Part shown: positions 1 to 9,743 of the stretch, in pieces
Numbering within the stretch: the first letter of the stretch is position 1
Layout: each line of letters begins with the position of its first letter
Assembly (NCBI GenBank): GCA_963933835.1
Contig: CAWVVV010000001.1
Span: 1 to 64,000, forward strand
DNA length: 64,000 bases
DNA from: an uncultured Puniceicoccaceae bacterium
GTDB taxonomy: Bacteria; Verrucomicrobiota; Verrucomicrobiia; Opitutales; Oceanipulchritudinaceae
Direction: 5' to 3'
Made by a program: the position numbers and the translations under genes
Notes under the pieces: generated by a model
Database searches by the model: none
What the model saw: only the letters and a program-made list of their open reading frames with translations
Told to the model about the DNA's origin: nothing

Positions 1-1156
1 CACTGGTGCCCGAGGCGAAGATCAGCCCGGTGGTGCGCCGCCTGAATTTCCATTCACCGTAATCGGCAGCATCGGCGTAGAGCGCGAACATGAGCGGCAT
101 AAGCGGTCCCAAAAGGAAGGATCCAACAATTTGGAGCGTGAACATGAGGGCAATATCCTCCGGTCCGACAAAGTAGAAAACGGCGGCGGTAATACCGGCA
201 AGGAAGTTTACAACCAGATAGGCGCGTCGCTTATCCCCCAGTAATTGGACAAAATACTTGGTACAGGCGATGCCTCCCATCGCAGCAGCGGTACCAGAGG
301 CGAGAAAAGTGGCGGCCAGGGCCTGATCGCCGACATAGTACTTGAAGTAGTAGATGGTGGCGGCGCCGCGGATGGAAATCCAGACAAGAGTCAGGACGCC
401 GACCAATGCCAGAATCACCCAGGGTAGATTGCGAAAAAGGTAACCGAAGTCCGATTTTATAGAACCCGAGGCAGCCTCTTGCGGAACGACGACTCGTTCA
501 CGGGTGGACTTGAAGGCAAAGACTAAGAGCAGTCCGGCCAAAATCCCATAACAGGCCATGGCCCCGGCATAGCCGAATTGATCGTTCCCCTTCCCGATGA
601 AGGCGACGAGTGCAAAGATGGAAAGTTGTGGTAGCAGGTTGCCGGTGAAGCCTCCGATATAACGAAAGGATGCGAGAGCAGTCCGCTCCTTTGAGTTGGA
701 AGTCATCACCCCCATGAGGGCGGCATAAGGCAGATTGATGGATGTGTAGACCATCCCCACCAGGGCATAGGTGATATAAGCATAGATCATTTTCACCACC
801 ATGGAGCCATCCGGGATGGTGAAAATGAGGACACCCGTGACAAGCATGGGCGCGATCATCCATATCAGCCATGGGCGGTACTTGCCATGGCGGGATTTGG
901 TCCGGTCGGCAAGCAAACCCATCGCAGGATCATTGATCGCATCCCACAGGCGAGTCACGGCCAACATAGTAGCTACTGCGGCAGCGGGCAGACCGGCGAT
1001 ATCGGTGTAGAAGAACATCAAGAACTGGGCAAACACCACCCAGTACATGGAACAGGCAAAATCGCCGGAGGCGTAGCCAATCCGTTCGCGGAAGCGCAAG
1101 GGATAGTGGGAATCTGTGACTGGTTTGGATTCGGAGGTTTGTGAAGGTTTTGTCAT
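1..1156 (-). CDS. GPH-family (glycoside-pentoside-hexuronide):cation symporter, MFS; 3' end runs off the window
   Basis: Hand translation from ATG 1156: MTKPSQ...RERIGYASGDFACSMYWVVFAQFLMFFYTDIAGL; the same frame near position 100 reads ALYADAADYGEWKFRRRTTGLIFA. Both are typical MelB/GPH motifs. Not in the ORF track because no stop lies inside the window. Confidence 0.9.
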   Translation of the reverse strand, partial: MTKPSQTSESKPVTDSHYPLRFRERIGYASGDFACSMYWVVFAQFLMFFYTDIAGLPAAAVATMLAVTRLWDAINDPAMGLLADRTKSRHGKYRPWLIWMIAPMLVTGVLIFTIPDGSMVVKMIYAYITYALVGMVYTSINLPYAALMGVMTSNSKERTALASFRYIGGFTGNLLPQLSIFALVAFIGKGNDQFGYAGAMACYGILAGLLLVFAFKSTRERVVVPQEAASGSIKSDFGYLFRNLPWVILALVGVLTLVWISIRGAATIYYFKYYVGDQALAATFLASGTAAAMGGIACTKYFVQLLGDKRRAYLVVNFLAGITAAVFYFVGPEDIALMFTLQIVGSFLLGPLMPLMFALYADAADYGEWKFRRRTTGLIFASGTS

Positions 1157-1168
1157 ACAGATTAGATG

Positions 1169-2865
1169 CTAAGTGTTTGTTTCATTTTTTGGAGTAATCT
1201 CAAATAGACGCACAGAGAAGTAGGGCACAGAACACTTTAGGGTCAACTCTCCATCCTCGACATGCATAGTCCTTTCCTCAGGCTCCGGAAATCGGCTCAA
1301 CTCCTTGTAGGAGGTTTCCTTGGCACGCCAAAGGGCTTTGTGTTTTTCATTCCTCAGGGCGTGCAGGACATCCAACTGGTCGCGTGAGCGGAAGTAGTCT
1401 TGATCCGTCAATCCATGTGCTTTTTGGTCAAGCTCCCACTGTGGCCAAAAGTCCCCGTGTTCTTTATCGATGTGCCAGGTAAGAACGCTTACATCACCGT
1501 CGGGCAGGTCGGACAGCTCAATGGACAAGGGTGTCGTGGCACTGGGATGGCGAACATCGGAAGCATGGTGAAAAAACCAGCACTCGAATCACCTCGCTAT
1601 TCGGAGCACGGCTGGCAATGACCTGCAGCAATGAATCCTCCGGGACATTCTTATTAACCGTTAACCGCTCATCACCAGACATTCGTGCGATAAGCTTCAG
1701 GGCATGGGTTGCTGCCAATTCAGGCCCAGAAAACAAACCACTGGTCCGCAACATCGGCCACCGCGACCACAGGGAAACGTTACCCTCCAACAGCTTGAAC
1801 CAACTGAGTGCCGTCCAGGATGCATCATAAGCGCCTCCCGGACAGAGGCCATGCCATAGCCCATTTACCATCGCTGCCAAAGAGCATTCCTCCCAAGCTC
1901 ACTTCGATGTCCGCGTTGCTGAATCCGTGCCTTTCGAGAGCATCACGGGTTCGCCGCACAACTGTATCAAAAAGCGCGAGATCCCCACCCTCTCCCGGGT
2001 GGTTGGTATTCCATTCATCCTTCTCGAGATAGCACGGAGCACGGTCATAATAGGAAATGGCAAAAAAATCGAGACGGGTGCCGGATTTGTTCGTGGCCTC
2101 ATTTGATCCCGTGGCACAATGTTTGAAGAAGTCTTCCGGATTCCACAATCCGCCGGTAAACTCCCCGGACATCATCGCATGAGAACCTATAGGCCCGCAC
2201 TGGTCTCCAAGTACACGCTCCACGGCAAAGACCGACCAGTCATAAAATTCGCAGAACGCCCGCATGGTCGAATCCGCATCTTCATCCTCGGTCTGCCACC
2301 ATCTGGGATTCTCCATTTCAGTCCCCACAAACCAACACCACCGGCTGACCTCGTCGATCCCAAAGGCATCCACCATCGCCTTCACCAAGGCTGAAATGTA
2401 ATCGGTATATACCGCATAATCATCAGGAGGACGGCTGTTGGTGCGAAACCAGCCAATCTGTGGGGAAGCGGTATATTTCAGGGGTACGGCATGCAGCTTC
2501 AGACAAGGCCTTACCCCCAACCGCAACATGTTACCGCAGGCCCGTACAAGTGGAGAAAAATCGTAATCGTCCAGAACAGAACGATCGGATGGATCCACAA
2601 ATAGATCGCGGTCGAACTCACATATCCCGACATCACCATACTTTCCTTCGTATCCAAGATAGGATCCACCCGAAGCGATAAACACCTGCACCTCCTCTAA
2701 CCATGGATAGCTATCCTTCAGCCAGCCATCGGGCATGGTTTCCGCCCACTCGTGAAACATCCGTTCGTCCGGGGTGGTCCCCAGAAAATGCCAGATACTG
2801 ATGTTGCTGAACCGGTTTCAAATGGGAAATCCGGTTGGCTTTGTTGATGCAACCTGGAAATTCAT
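1169..2865 (-). pseudogene. Glycoside hydrolase (GH39/clan GH-A-like), interrupted by one in-frame TGA and two +1 frameshifts
   Basis: ATG 2865 (ATGA overlap with the upstream ORF) reads MNFQVASTKPTGFPI*NRFSNISIWH and continues in frame into ORF 1825..2760 (PPDDYAVY, WFVGTEME, LDFFAISYY). It then continues via ORF 1518..1880 (extra G at about 1861) and ORF 1169..1528 (extra T in a T-run at about 1571-1576). Confidence 0.7.
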
Positions 2866-3010
2866 GATCCTTTCTGAACTTCATTAAAGAAAGCTTCTGA
2901 CGCCTTCAGGTAGTGACGGTAATTCTCCAGAGACACTTCGGGCGGGGTCTGGTGGTCGACGGCAGGGATAAATTTCCCTTTCCGGAACAGGGGTTTCAGG
3001 TTCTCTAACT
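2862..3010 (-). pseudogene. C-terminal remnant of a uroporphyrinogen decarboxylase (UroD/MtaA)-superfamily protein
   Basis: The tail LKPLFRKGKFIPAVDHQTPPEVSLENYRHYL matches the C-terminal G-F-I-P-x-x-D-H-x-x-P-P-x-V-S-x-E-N-Y motif of this family. The upstream part of the ORF looks like non-coding promoter DNA. Confidence 0.65.
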
Positions 3011-3015
3011 TTTTC

Positions 3016-3029
3016 TGACAACGTTTTCG
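3016..3029. promoter_or_regulatory. Candidate LacI-family operator 1 (TGACAACGTTTTCG)
   Basis: Imperfect palindrome with a central AACGTT. The same 11-mer TGACAACGTTT recurs at 3172. It lies between the divergent LacI gene and the sugar operon. Confidence 0.55.
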
Positions 3030-3171
3030 ACATGATTTTAAATTGTTCCTGCCGAAGCCTGATTTTAAGGGATTCCAGGCCTTGGAAGAGCCGGTTTTAA
3101 CCGGAATCATGATTCCTAGGTCCGGAATCCGGGTAAAAGACCCGACCGGAAGGCCGTATTTCAATCTATGA

Positions 3172-3185
3172 TGACAACGTTTGCA
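3172..3185. promoter_or_regulatory. Candidate LacI-family operator 2 (TGACAACGTTTGCA)
   Basis: Central CG palindrome typical of LacI/GalR operators, about 55 nt upstream of the LacI start. Confidence 0.55.
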
Positions 3186-3238
3186 GGCGAGCGGAAAATT
3201 TGGCTTGGCAGGAAGCGATGAGAGGACAATAATGCCTA

Positions 3239-4318
3239 ATGAACGTCAAAAAAGCTAGTCTTGAATCGATTGCGAAAGAGGCTAAAATCTCGATATCGAC
3301 TGCATCGCGGGTTCTGAATCCCAGCAAAAGTCGATTCGCTATAGCTGAGAAGACCCGGGGACGGGTATTGGCGGCAGCCAGAAGACAGGGATATTTTCCA
3401 AGTGGGCCGGCTCGCGCCTTGAAGCAGGGCAAGCTGAACACAATCGGAATCGTTGAAAATTCATCGAAAGTCTTCACGGGGATGGGTAATTCGATACAAG
3501 ATTACATGTTTCTGAGTGAGGCTTTACGGGGGATCTACCGATCGGCAGTACGCAGTCAATATCATGTCATGCTGATGACCGGGACAGAGCAGGAATTTGA
3601 TAACGAGATTCAGCTACTGGGGAACATGGGGCTGGTTGATGGACTGCTTATCTCCAATCGTGATTTGGCCTCGGAACCGGTGTTTTCGGAGGCGATGAAT
3701 GTCTACCCAAAACCTATCGTCTACGCGCTCGACTATCCAGATTCTCCTGATGCCAACTGGGTTGCACCGGATGATGTACAAGGTGGATATCTTGCCACCA
3801 AGACGCTGATCGAACGTGGTCACCAGAAAATCCTTTTTGCTCACGCGTCCGGATTCGGAAATATTTTCGGAAAACGGGCCAAAGGCTGGAAAAATGCCCT
3901 CAAGGATGGATCAAATGGACCCGTAGAGGGAAAGCAAGTCATGGTCGAAGACACCGATTTCCCCGCACTGGTCCGTGAAGGTTTCTCCGCTATCGTTTGC
4001 GCTAACCTCCCAACCGCAAACATGGTAGAAGAATCGATCAGAGCCGCCGATATGCGGATGCCCAACGACCTGGAAATGGTGGTATTCAGCAGCAACGTAG
4101 CCGCAATTCTCGAGCCCTTAATGCGAAACAGCAGGTGGGCCGTGGTAACGGGGCCCCTGTCCCGGATAACGGAAGCAAGCTCAGATCTGCTGATAGACCT
4201 GATTTCAGGAAATAAACCTGACAACCATCAGATACTGTTTCCTTATACCTTCATTCATGGACAAAGTTGCCCGCAAGGGCATAAAGATTCGGGGAAAATC
4301 GCCCTGCAAATTTTTTAG
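3239..4318 (+). CDS. LacI-family transcriptional regulator
   Basis: N-terminal HTH SLESIAKEAKISISTASRVLN, hinge ARALK, then a periplasmic-binding-protein-like effector domain. Confidence 0.93.
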   Translation: MNVKKASLESIAKEAKISISTASRVLNPSKSRFAIAEKTRGRVLAAARRQGYFPSGPARALKQGKLNTIGIVENSSKVFTGMGNSIQDYMFLSEALRGIYRSAVRSQYHVMLMTGTEQEFDNEIQLLGNMGLVDGLLISNRDLASEPVFSEAMNVYPKPIVYALDYPDSPDANWVAPDDVQGGYLATKTLIERGHQKILFAHASGFGNIFGKRAKGWKNALKDGSNGPVEGKQVMVEDTDFPALVREGFSAIVCANLPTANMVEESIRAADMRMPNDLEMVVFSSNVAAILEPLMRNSRWAVVTGPLSRITEASSDLLIDLISGNKPDNHQILFPYTFIHGQSCPQGHKDSGKIALQIF

Positions 4319-4686
4319 AGCACGGATTCCACTTTTTGCCCATGATTCCTCACAGGGAGGCTGTGAGACATTTGATCCAAAAATCCCGGCCAAGCAGTCT
4401 CCTCCGGACGGTAATCAAACCAATTGAAGGCTGCATCAGGCCCATAGTCCGTGATGTCATAGGCTGCTAGGCATGATAGCGGCAGAACCGTCCTGTCTGA
4501 ATCCTGAACAATAGAGAAAATGGAAGCGCTCGGAATCATATATGCGATTGTCACGATCCTGGCATGGGGATCATGGCTGGTGCCGTCGCAGAATGTTAAA
4601 TTTGCGAATGAGCAGAGACGTAATCTGGCGAAGAAAGGCAGGATGGCCAAGACACAATAAGCACCCATCAACCGATCATTTTTCAT
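4315..4686 (-). other. Hypothetical ORF, probably a gene remnant
   Basis: 123-aa ORF. Only the C-terminal part (AAYDITDYGPDAAFNWFDYRPEETAWPGFLDQM) looks protein-like; no family recognised. Confidence 0.3.
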
Positions 4687-4752
4687 TTTTATGTTTGATT
4701 TCGATCATATGGGATCTTTTTAATAACATATAACGATCACTTAAGGACTAAT

Positions 4753-5523
4753 ATGCGTCACTCAAAAATCGAAATCGAATCGCGCCGCGCGGCATTGGTT
4801 CAGCTTATTAGAGACGAACAATTCGTTTCCGTAGGAGCTGTCTGCGAACGACTCAATATTTCCGAGGCGACTGCTCGAAGAGATCTTAAAGTACTCGAAG
4901 CATCCAAACAAATAGAGCGAACAAACGGAGGTGCGCTCGCTGCCTTTGACCGTGAATTCCAATCCTTCCGCCGCCGACTACAATTAAATGCCTCGGCGAA
5001 AGATCACATCGCTGAACAGGCGCTGGGATCGATCGAGCCAGGTATGTCCCTATTTTTAGATGCTGGCACAACAGCCTACGCTGTAGCGAAGAAACTGGCT
5101 CAATCCCCTGTCCCTCGCATTTCCGTCTACAGCAACAACATCCCTGTCGCTTCAATTTTGGCTGAAGCGGATCTTCGAGTTATACTCACAGGAGGGGAAT
5201 TCCTGAACCAGCAGAGTGCGCTCTTCGGCACGGTCGCTGAACGAGTGATTGAGGAAACAACGTTTGATATCTGCTTTATGGGCGCTGAAGGAATGAGCAA
5301 TGAAGGCGTCTGGAATTCCACCGCAGACTTAGTCCGATTTCAGCGTACAGTAATCAAGCACTCGCACCAAAGCTGTATCCTCCTCGACAAGTCCAAACTG
5401 GGGAGGCGCACGAGGACATTTCTGTCCCCGTGGAAGGACATCGCTCGCCTCATCACGGACGCGACTCCAACTGAATTGCGCGAGCACAGCGTAAACATCG
5501 GACAACAATCAATTTCATCATGA
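4753..5523 (+). CDS. DeoR/GlpR-family transcriptional regulator
   Basis: HTH NISEATARRDLKVLE, RTNGGA and LFLDAGTT sugar-phosphate sensor motif; overlaps the rhaEW start. Confidence 0.95.
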   Translation: MRHSKIEIESRRAALVQLIRDEQFVSVGAVCERLNISEATARRDLKVLEASKQIERTNGGALAAFDREFQSFRRRLQLNASAKDHIAEQALGSIEPGMSLFLDAGTTAYAVAKKLAQSPVPRISVYSNNIPVASILAEADLRVILTGGEFLNQQSALFGTVAERVIEETTFDICFMGAEGMSNEGVWNSTADLVRFQRTVIKHSHQSCILLDKSKLGRRTRTFLSPWKDIARLITDATPTELREHSVNIGQQSISS

Positions 5524-7718
5524 ACGCATCTAAATACAAATACGTAGACTTCAATTGGGACGACTCCGTTGCCGCTAAACTTGATTCGGTCGAAGCACTC
5601 GTCTACCGCTCAAACTTGCTCGGGGCAGACCAGCGGATCACTAACACCGGCGGCGGGAACACTTCCTCAAAAACGACCGAGATTGATCCACTTACCGGCG
5701 AGGAAGTTGAAGTCCTTTGGGTAAAGGGTTCAGGGGGAGATCTTCGAACTTCGAAACGAGAGAATTTCTCATCACTCTACCAAAATGGCCTCCTTTCACT
5801 GCAGAATGTTTATGCGTCGAAGGATCCACGGGGACCCAAAACTGAAGCGGAAGACAGCATGGTTGGGATGTTCCGACACACCACCTTCAATTTGAATCCG
5901 CGGGCTTCCTCAATCGATACGCCACTACACTCGTTCATCCCCGCGAAGCATGTTGACCACATGCACCCAAATGCTGCCATCGCAGTCGCTGCTGCCCGCA
6001 ATTCAGTAGAGCTAACCCAAGAAATCTACGGGGACGAAGTCCTTCACACTCCTTGGCTGCGCCCTGGGTTTGAACTCGGGCTCGAGATGCAACAACTCTG
6101 CGAAGCGAACCCGAAGGCCAAGGGCATTATCATGGGTCAGCACGGCATCATTAACTGGGCTGACGATCCGAAAGAATGCTACGACTTAACGCTCAATCTG
6201 ATCGAAAAGGCAGCCGCCTACATCGAAGAAAAGTATGCTGCCAAAGGAGGCGACGCTACCGCCTTTGGAGGAGGCGTTTATGAAAGCCTTCCCGTCGACG
6301 AGCGCCGCGCTACTCTCGCCTCGATCCTCCCGTGGTTGCGCGGTCAAGTGAGCCAGCAAAAGCGTTTCATCGGCACGATACAGGACGACGAGAAAATCCT
6401 CCGCTTCGTCAACAGCGCCGATGCGCCTCGCCTTGCTGAGCTCGGCACGAGTTGCCCCGACCACTTCCTTCGCACGAAAATTAAACCGCTTTACGTCGCA
6501 TGGGACCCAGCCACTGGCGACCTCGCCTCGCTCAAAGCACTCCTTGCTGAGGGCCTCGAGCAATACCGCAAGGACTACGCCGCCTATTACGAGGCATGCA
6601 AACACGCCAACTCACCGGCGATGCGGGATCCCAACCCAACCGTTATCCTCATTCCGGGCCTCGGGATGATTGCATGGGGCAAGAGCAAGTCCGAGTCACG
6701 CGTCACAGCGGAGTTCTACAACTGTGCGGTCGAAGTCATGCGGGGCGCTGAAGCCATCGATGAATACATTTCACTACCTCAGCAGGAGGCCTTTGATATC
6801 GAGTACTGGCTCCTTGAGGAGGCAAAACTGAAGCGCATGCCAGCTGAAGCAGAGCTCGCCCGGCAAGTCATCATCGTCATTGGTGCTGGAAGCGGTATTG
6901 GCAAAGAAACGGCCCATCGCCTCGCCGACGAGGGCGCGCACATCGCCTGCGTCGACCTCAATGCTGAGGCAGCCACTGCTACCGCCAAGGAGATCACCGA
7001 TAAATACGGTCTTGGAATTGGCGTCGCAGGAACCGGAATCAGCAACTGTGGACCCGCCATCGGCCTTCAGGGAAACATCACTGATCGCACCAGCATACGC
7101 TCGATGCTTGATCAAGTTATCCTCGCATACGGTGGCTTCGACTCCATCTGCGTCACCGCAGGTATCTTTGTTCCAAGTGACACCAGCGGTCATATTCCGG
7201 ACGATAAATGGGCACTAACCTTTGCTATCAATGTAAGCGGAAGTTACTACGTTGCCGATGAAGCAGCGAAGTCATGGAAGGAACAAGGTCTCAAAGGAAA
7301 GCTCGTCCTCACGACCAGCGCTAATGCCGCTGTCGCAAAGAAGGGAAGCGTCGCGTATGACACCTCAAAGGCCGCCGCCAACCACCTCGTCCGCGAACTT
7401 GCGATCGAGCTCTCACCCCTGATTAGAGTTAATGGAGTGGCCCCAGCCACCGTCGTGAGGGGCAGTGCCTTGTTCCCACGCGATCGCGTCATTGGCTCGC
7501 TTGCGAAGTATCAAATCCCATTCGAAGAAAGCGAAGAAACAGAATCGCTCGTTTCAAAATTAGCGCAGTTTTACGCCGACAGAACCTTAACGCATGATCC
7601 GATCACGCCAGCCGACCAAGCCGAGGCCTACTTCCTTCTCGTCACTGATCGTCTGAGCAAAACAACGGGCCAAATAATCACCGTCGATGGTGGTCTACAT
7701 GAAGCCTTCCTTCGCTAA
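5520..7718 (+). CDS. rhaEW: Bifunctional rhamnulose-1-phosphate aldolase / short-chain dehydrogenase
   Basis: Class II aldolase motifs GGGNTS, VKGSGGDL, SIDTPLH, HMHP, TSCPDHFLRTK; C-terminal SDR with GAGSGIG and YDTSK. Confidence 0.93.
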   Translation: MNASKYKYVDFNWDDSVAAKLDSVEALVYRSNLLGADQRITNTGGGNTSSKTTEIDPLTGEEVEVLWVKGSGGDLRTSKRENFSSLYQNGLLSLQNVYASKDPRGPKTEAEDSMVGMFRHTTFNLNPRASSIDTPLHSFIPAKHVDHMHPNAAIAVAAARNSVELTQEIYGDEVLHTPWLRPGFELGLEMQQLCEANPKAKGIIMGQHGIINWADDPKECYDLTLNLIEKAAAYIEEKYAAKGGDATAFGGGVYESLPVDERRATLASILPWLRGQVSQQKRFIGTIQDDEKILRFVNSADAPRLAELGTSCPDHFLRTKIKPLYVAWDPATGDLASLKALLAEGLEQYRKDYAAYYEACKHANSPAMRDPNPTVILIPGLGMIAWGKSKSESRVTAEFYNCAVEVMRGAEAIDEYISLPQQEAFDIEYWLLEEAKLKRMPAEAELARQVIIVIGAGSGIGKETAHRLADEGAHIACVDLNAEAATATAKEITDKYGLGIGVAGTGISNCGPAIGLQGNITDRTSIRSMLDQVILAYGGFDSICVTAGIFVPSDTSGHIPDDKWALTFAINVSGSYYVADEAAKSWKEQGLKGKLVLTTSANAAVAKKGSVAYDTSKAAANHLVRELAIELSPLIRVNGVAPATVVRGSALFPRDRVIGSLAKYQIPFEESEETESLVSKLAQFYADRTLTHDPITPADQAEAYFLLVTDRLSKTTGQIITVDGGLHEAFLR

Positions 7719-7737
7719 CACTCAATCATTCAGCTTT

Positions 7738-8049
7738 ATGAATTCCGCGATAAGCGAACTCCTCAACCTCTCCCATGACCTCGGTTCTCCCGAACGAGAC
7801 CTAGCAATTTTGGGAGAGGGTAACACCTCCACCTCGCTCAGTGAGGACCGCTTCCTCGTAAAGGCGAGTGGCAGCAGCCTTGGACCCTTCAATGACCTTG
7901 TCGAGTGTAAGGCCGAGCCGATGCACAACCTATTGCAGCGTGAATCCGCCACTGATCAAGAGATTGATGACGCGCTCTACGCATGCCGGGTAGATCGAAT
8001 TACGAACCGCCTCGACGAACATCACCGGCAAAAAGCTCTCGGCCTTTAG
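7738..8049 (+). pseudogene. Class II aldolase/adducin-family gene with a large in-frame internal deletion
   Basis: N-terminal AILGEGNTS...FLVKASGSSL motif is joined directly to a C-terminal-type tail RITNRLDEHHRQKALGL. Only 103 aa; the Zn-binding HTH/NHG region is absent. Confidence 0.65.
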
Positions 8050-8083
8050 ACCCCGTGATACCTCTCACTCCCTACCTAACTCC

Positions 8084-9559
8084 ATGAAACAAAAAGTATA
8101 CCTCGCGATTGACCTCGGAGCAAGCAGCGGCCGAGTCATCGGTGGCGTATGGGACGGTTCGAAGATTCAACTACACGAACTGAATCGATTCCCTTCCGCA
8201 TCTGTTTACATCCCCCCCTACCGTCACTGGGATGTATTAGGAATCTACCGCTCTATCCTCGAAGGACTGAATACAGCTCAGCAAACCTATGGTATTGATA
8301 TCGTCTCGATCGGCGTTGATTCGTGGGGTGTGGACTACGGCCTTATCGATGCTCGAGGTGAAATGCTCTCGAACCCAATCCATTACCGTGATGAGCGAAC
8401 ACAAGCGACCTTTACCTCCATTCCAAAAACGATCGGTCGAGAGACCATCTACCGCGAATCCGGCATCCAGTTTGTTTTTTTCAATACGATCTACCAGCTA
8501 GCAGCAGAACTAGAACAAGGGCGCGATGCCTTCCTAAATGCTAGATACCTATTATTCATCCCAGACCTGATAAACTACTGGCTCACGGGGAAGCGAATAC
8601 AAGAACGCACCATTGCGAGTACTTCCCAGCTCCTAAATCCGACTACCGGAACATGGTCGACGACCTTGATTGATGCTCTGGCTCTTCCACCAACACTTTT
8701 TCGCGAAATTACTGAGCCCGGTACTCCTCTCGGAACCCTTCGCCCAGAACTCGCCGAAAAACTCCGTTTACCACAGGCGAAGGTCATCGCCGTCCCCGGG
8801 CATGATACGGCAAGTGCAGTTGCGGCCACCCCATTCAGCAATCCTCAAAGCGCATTCCTCAGTTCGGGCACTTGGTCCATTATGGGACAGGAACTAGACG
8901 CCCCGAATGTAACGCCTGAAGCGATGGAGGCAGGGTTTTCGAATGAACTGGGCTACGCCGGCACTGTCCGCTTCCTACGCAATATCTGCGGGATGTGGCT
9001 GATCGAAGAAAGCCGCAGGCAGTGGATTAAAGAAGGGCAGAACTATACCTACGATGACATTGTAGCCATGGCGAGCGAAGCACCCGCACGCAGAGCATTC
9101 ATCGATCCCGATGACCCTGAATTCGCATCGCCTGGTGACATGCCTACGCGAATCACCAACTATTGCAGGCGAACGGAACAACCCGTTCCTACGACACCGG
9201 ATGAAATTCTTCGCATCACTTTTGACAGCTTGGTAATGAAATACCGTCATGTTTTTCATAAGCTCGAAGAACTGAATGGAAAAAAGATTCATCGCCTACA
9301 CATCGTCGGCGGAGGGGCACGCAACGACTTTCTCAACCAGATGACTGCCGATGCCTTGAATGTAACCGTTGATACAGGGCCTGTTGAAGCGACTGCACTC
9401 GGAAACATCGCCGTCCAAATGATTTCAGACGGTATTTTTCCAGATCTTGCAACCGCTCGATCTGTTATTCGTGAGTCATTCCCACCGATCGCTTTTGAGC
9501 CCAAGCATACGGAGTGTTGGAACAAGGACGAAGCACGCTTCAAGAAACTGCTCAAATAA
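8084..9559 (+). CDS. rhaB: Rhamnulokinase (FGGY family)
   Basis: LAIDLGASSGR, GVDSWGVDY, HDTASA, SSGTWS, IVGGG and GPVEATALGN motifs. Confidence 0.92.
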   Translation: MKQKVYLAIDLGASSGRVIGGVWDGSKIQLHELNRFPSASVYIPPYRHWDVLGIYRSILEGLNTAQQTYGIDIVSIGVDSWGVDYGLIDARGEMLSNPIHYRDERTQATFTSIPKTIGRETIYRESGIQFVFFNTIYQLAAELEQGRDAFLNARYLLFIPDLINYWLTGKRIQERTIASTSQLLNPTTGTWSTTLIDALALPPTLFREITEPGTPLGTLRPELAEKLRLPQAKVIAVPGHDTASAVAATPFSNPQSAFLSSGTWSIMGQELDAPNVTPEAMEAGFSNELGYAGTVRFLRNICGMWLIEESRRQWIKEGQNYTYDDIVAMASEAPARRAFIDPDDPEFASPGDMPTRITNYCRRTEQPVPTTPDEILRITFDSLVMKYRHVFHKLEELNGKKIHRLHIVGGGARNDFLNQMTADALNVTVDTGPVEATALGNIAVQMISDGIFPDLATARSVIRESFPPIAFEPKHTECWNKDEARFKKLLK

Positions 9560-9743
9560 GCCCTACCACCAAATTCACCAAAGCCTATCGATGCAAGTGA
9601 TCGTAGAGACGCTGTTTTCAAAACACCCATCACTCGATACAGGCATCCACGCTCCCCAAACGAGACGCTTTACGCCACCACAACAAAAAGCCGAAGACCG
9701 AGCCAGGACGCCCCCCCCACCCCAGACAAACAATTTTCATATA

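Noticed and set aside
9447..9743. 99-aa N-terminal extension of Mqo in the ORF track
   Set aside because: It overlaps the rhaB 3' end and low-complexity intergenic DNA; family similarity starts at MKSDHH (9744).
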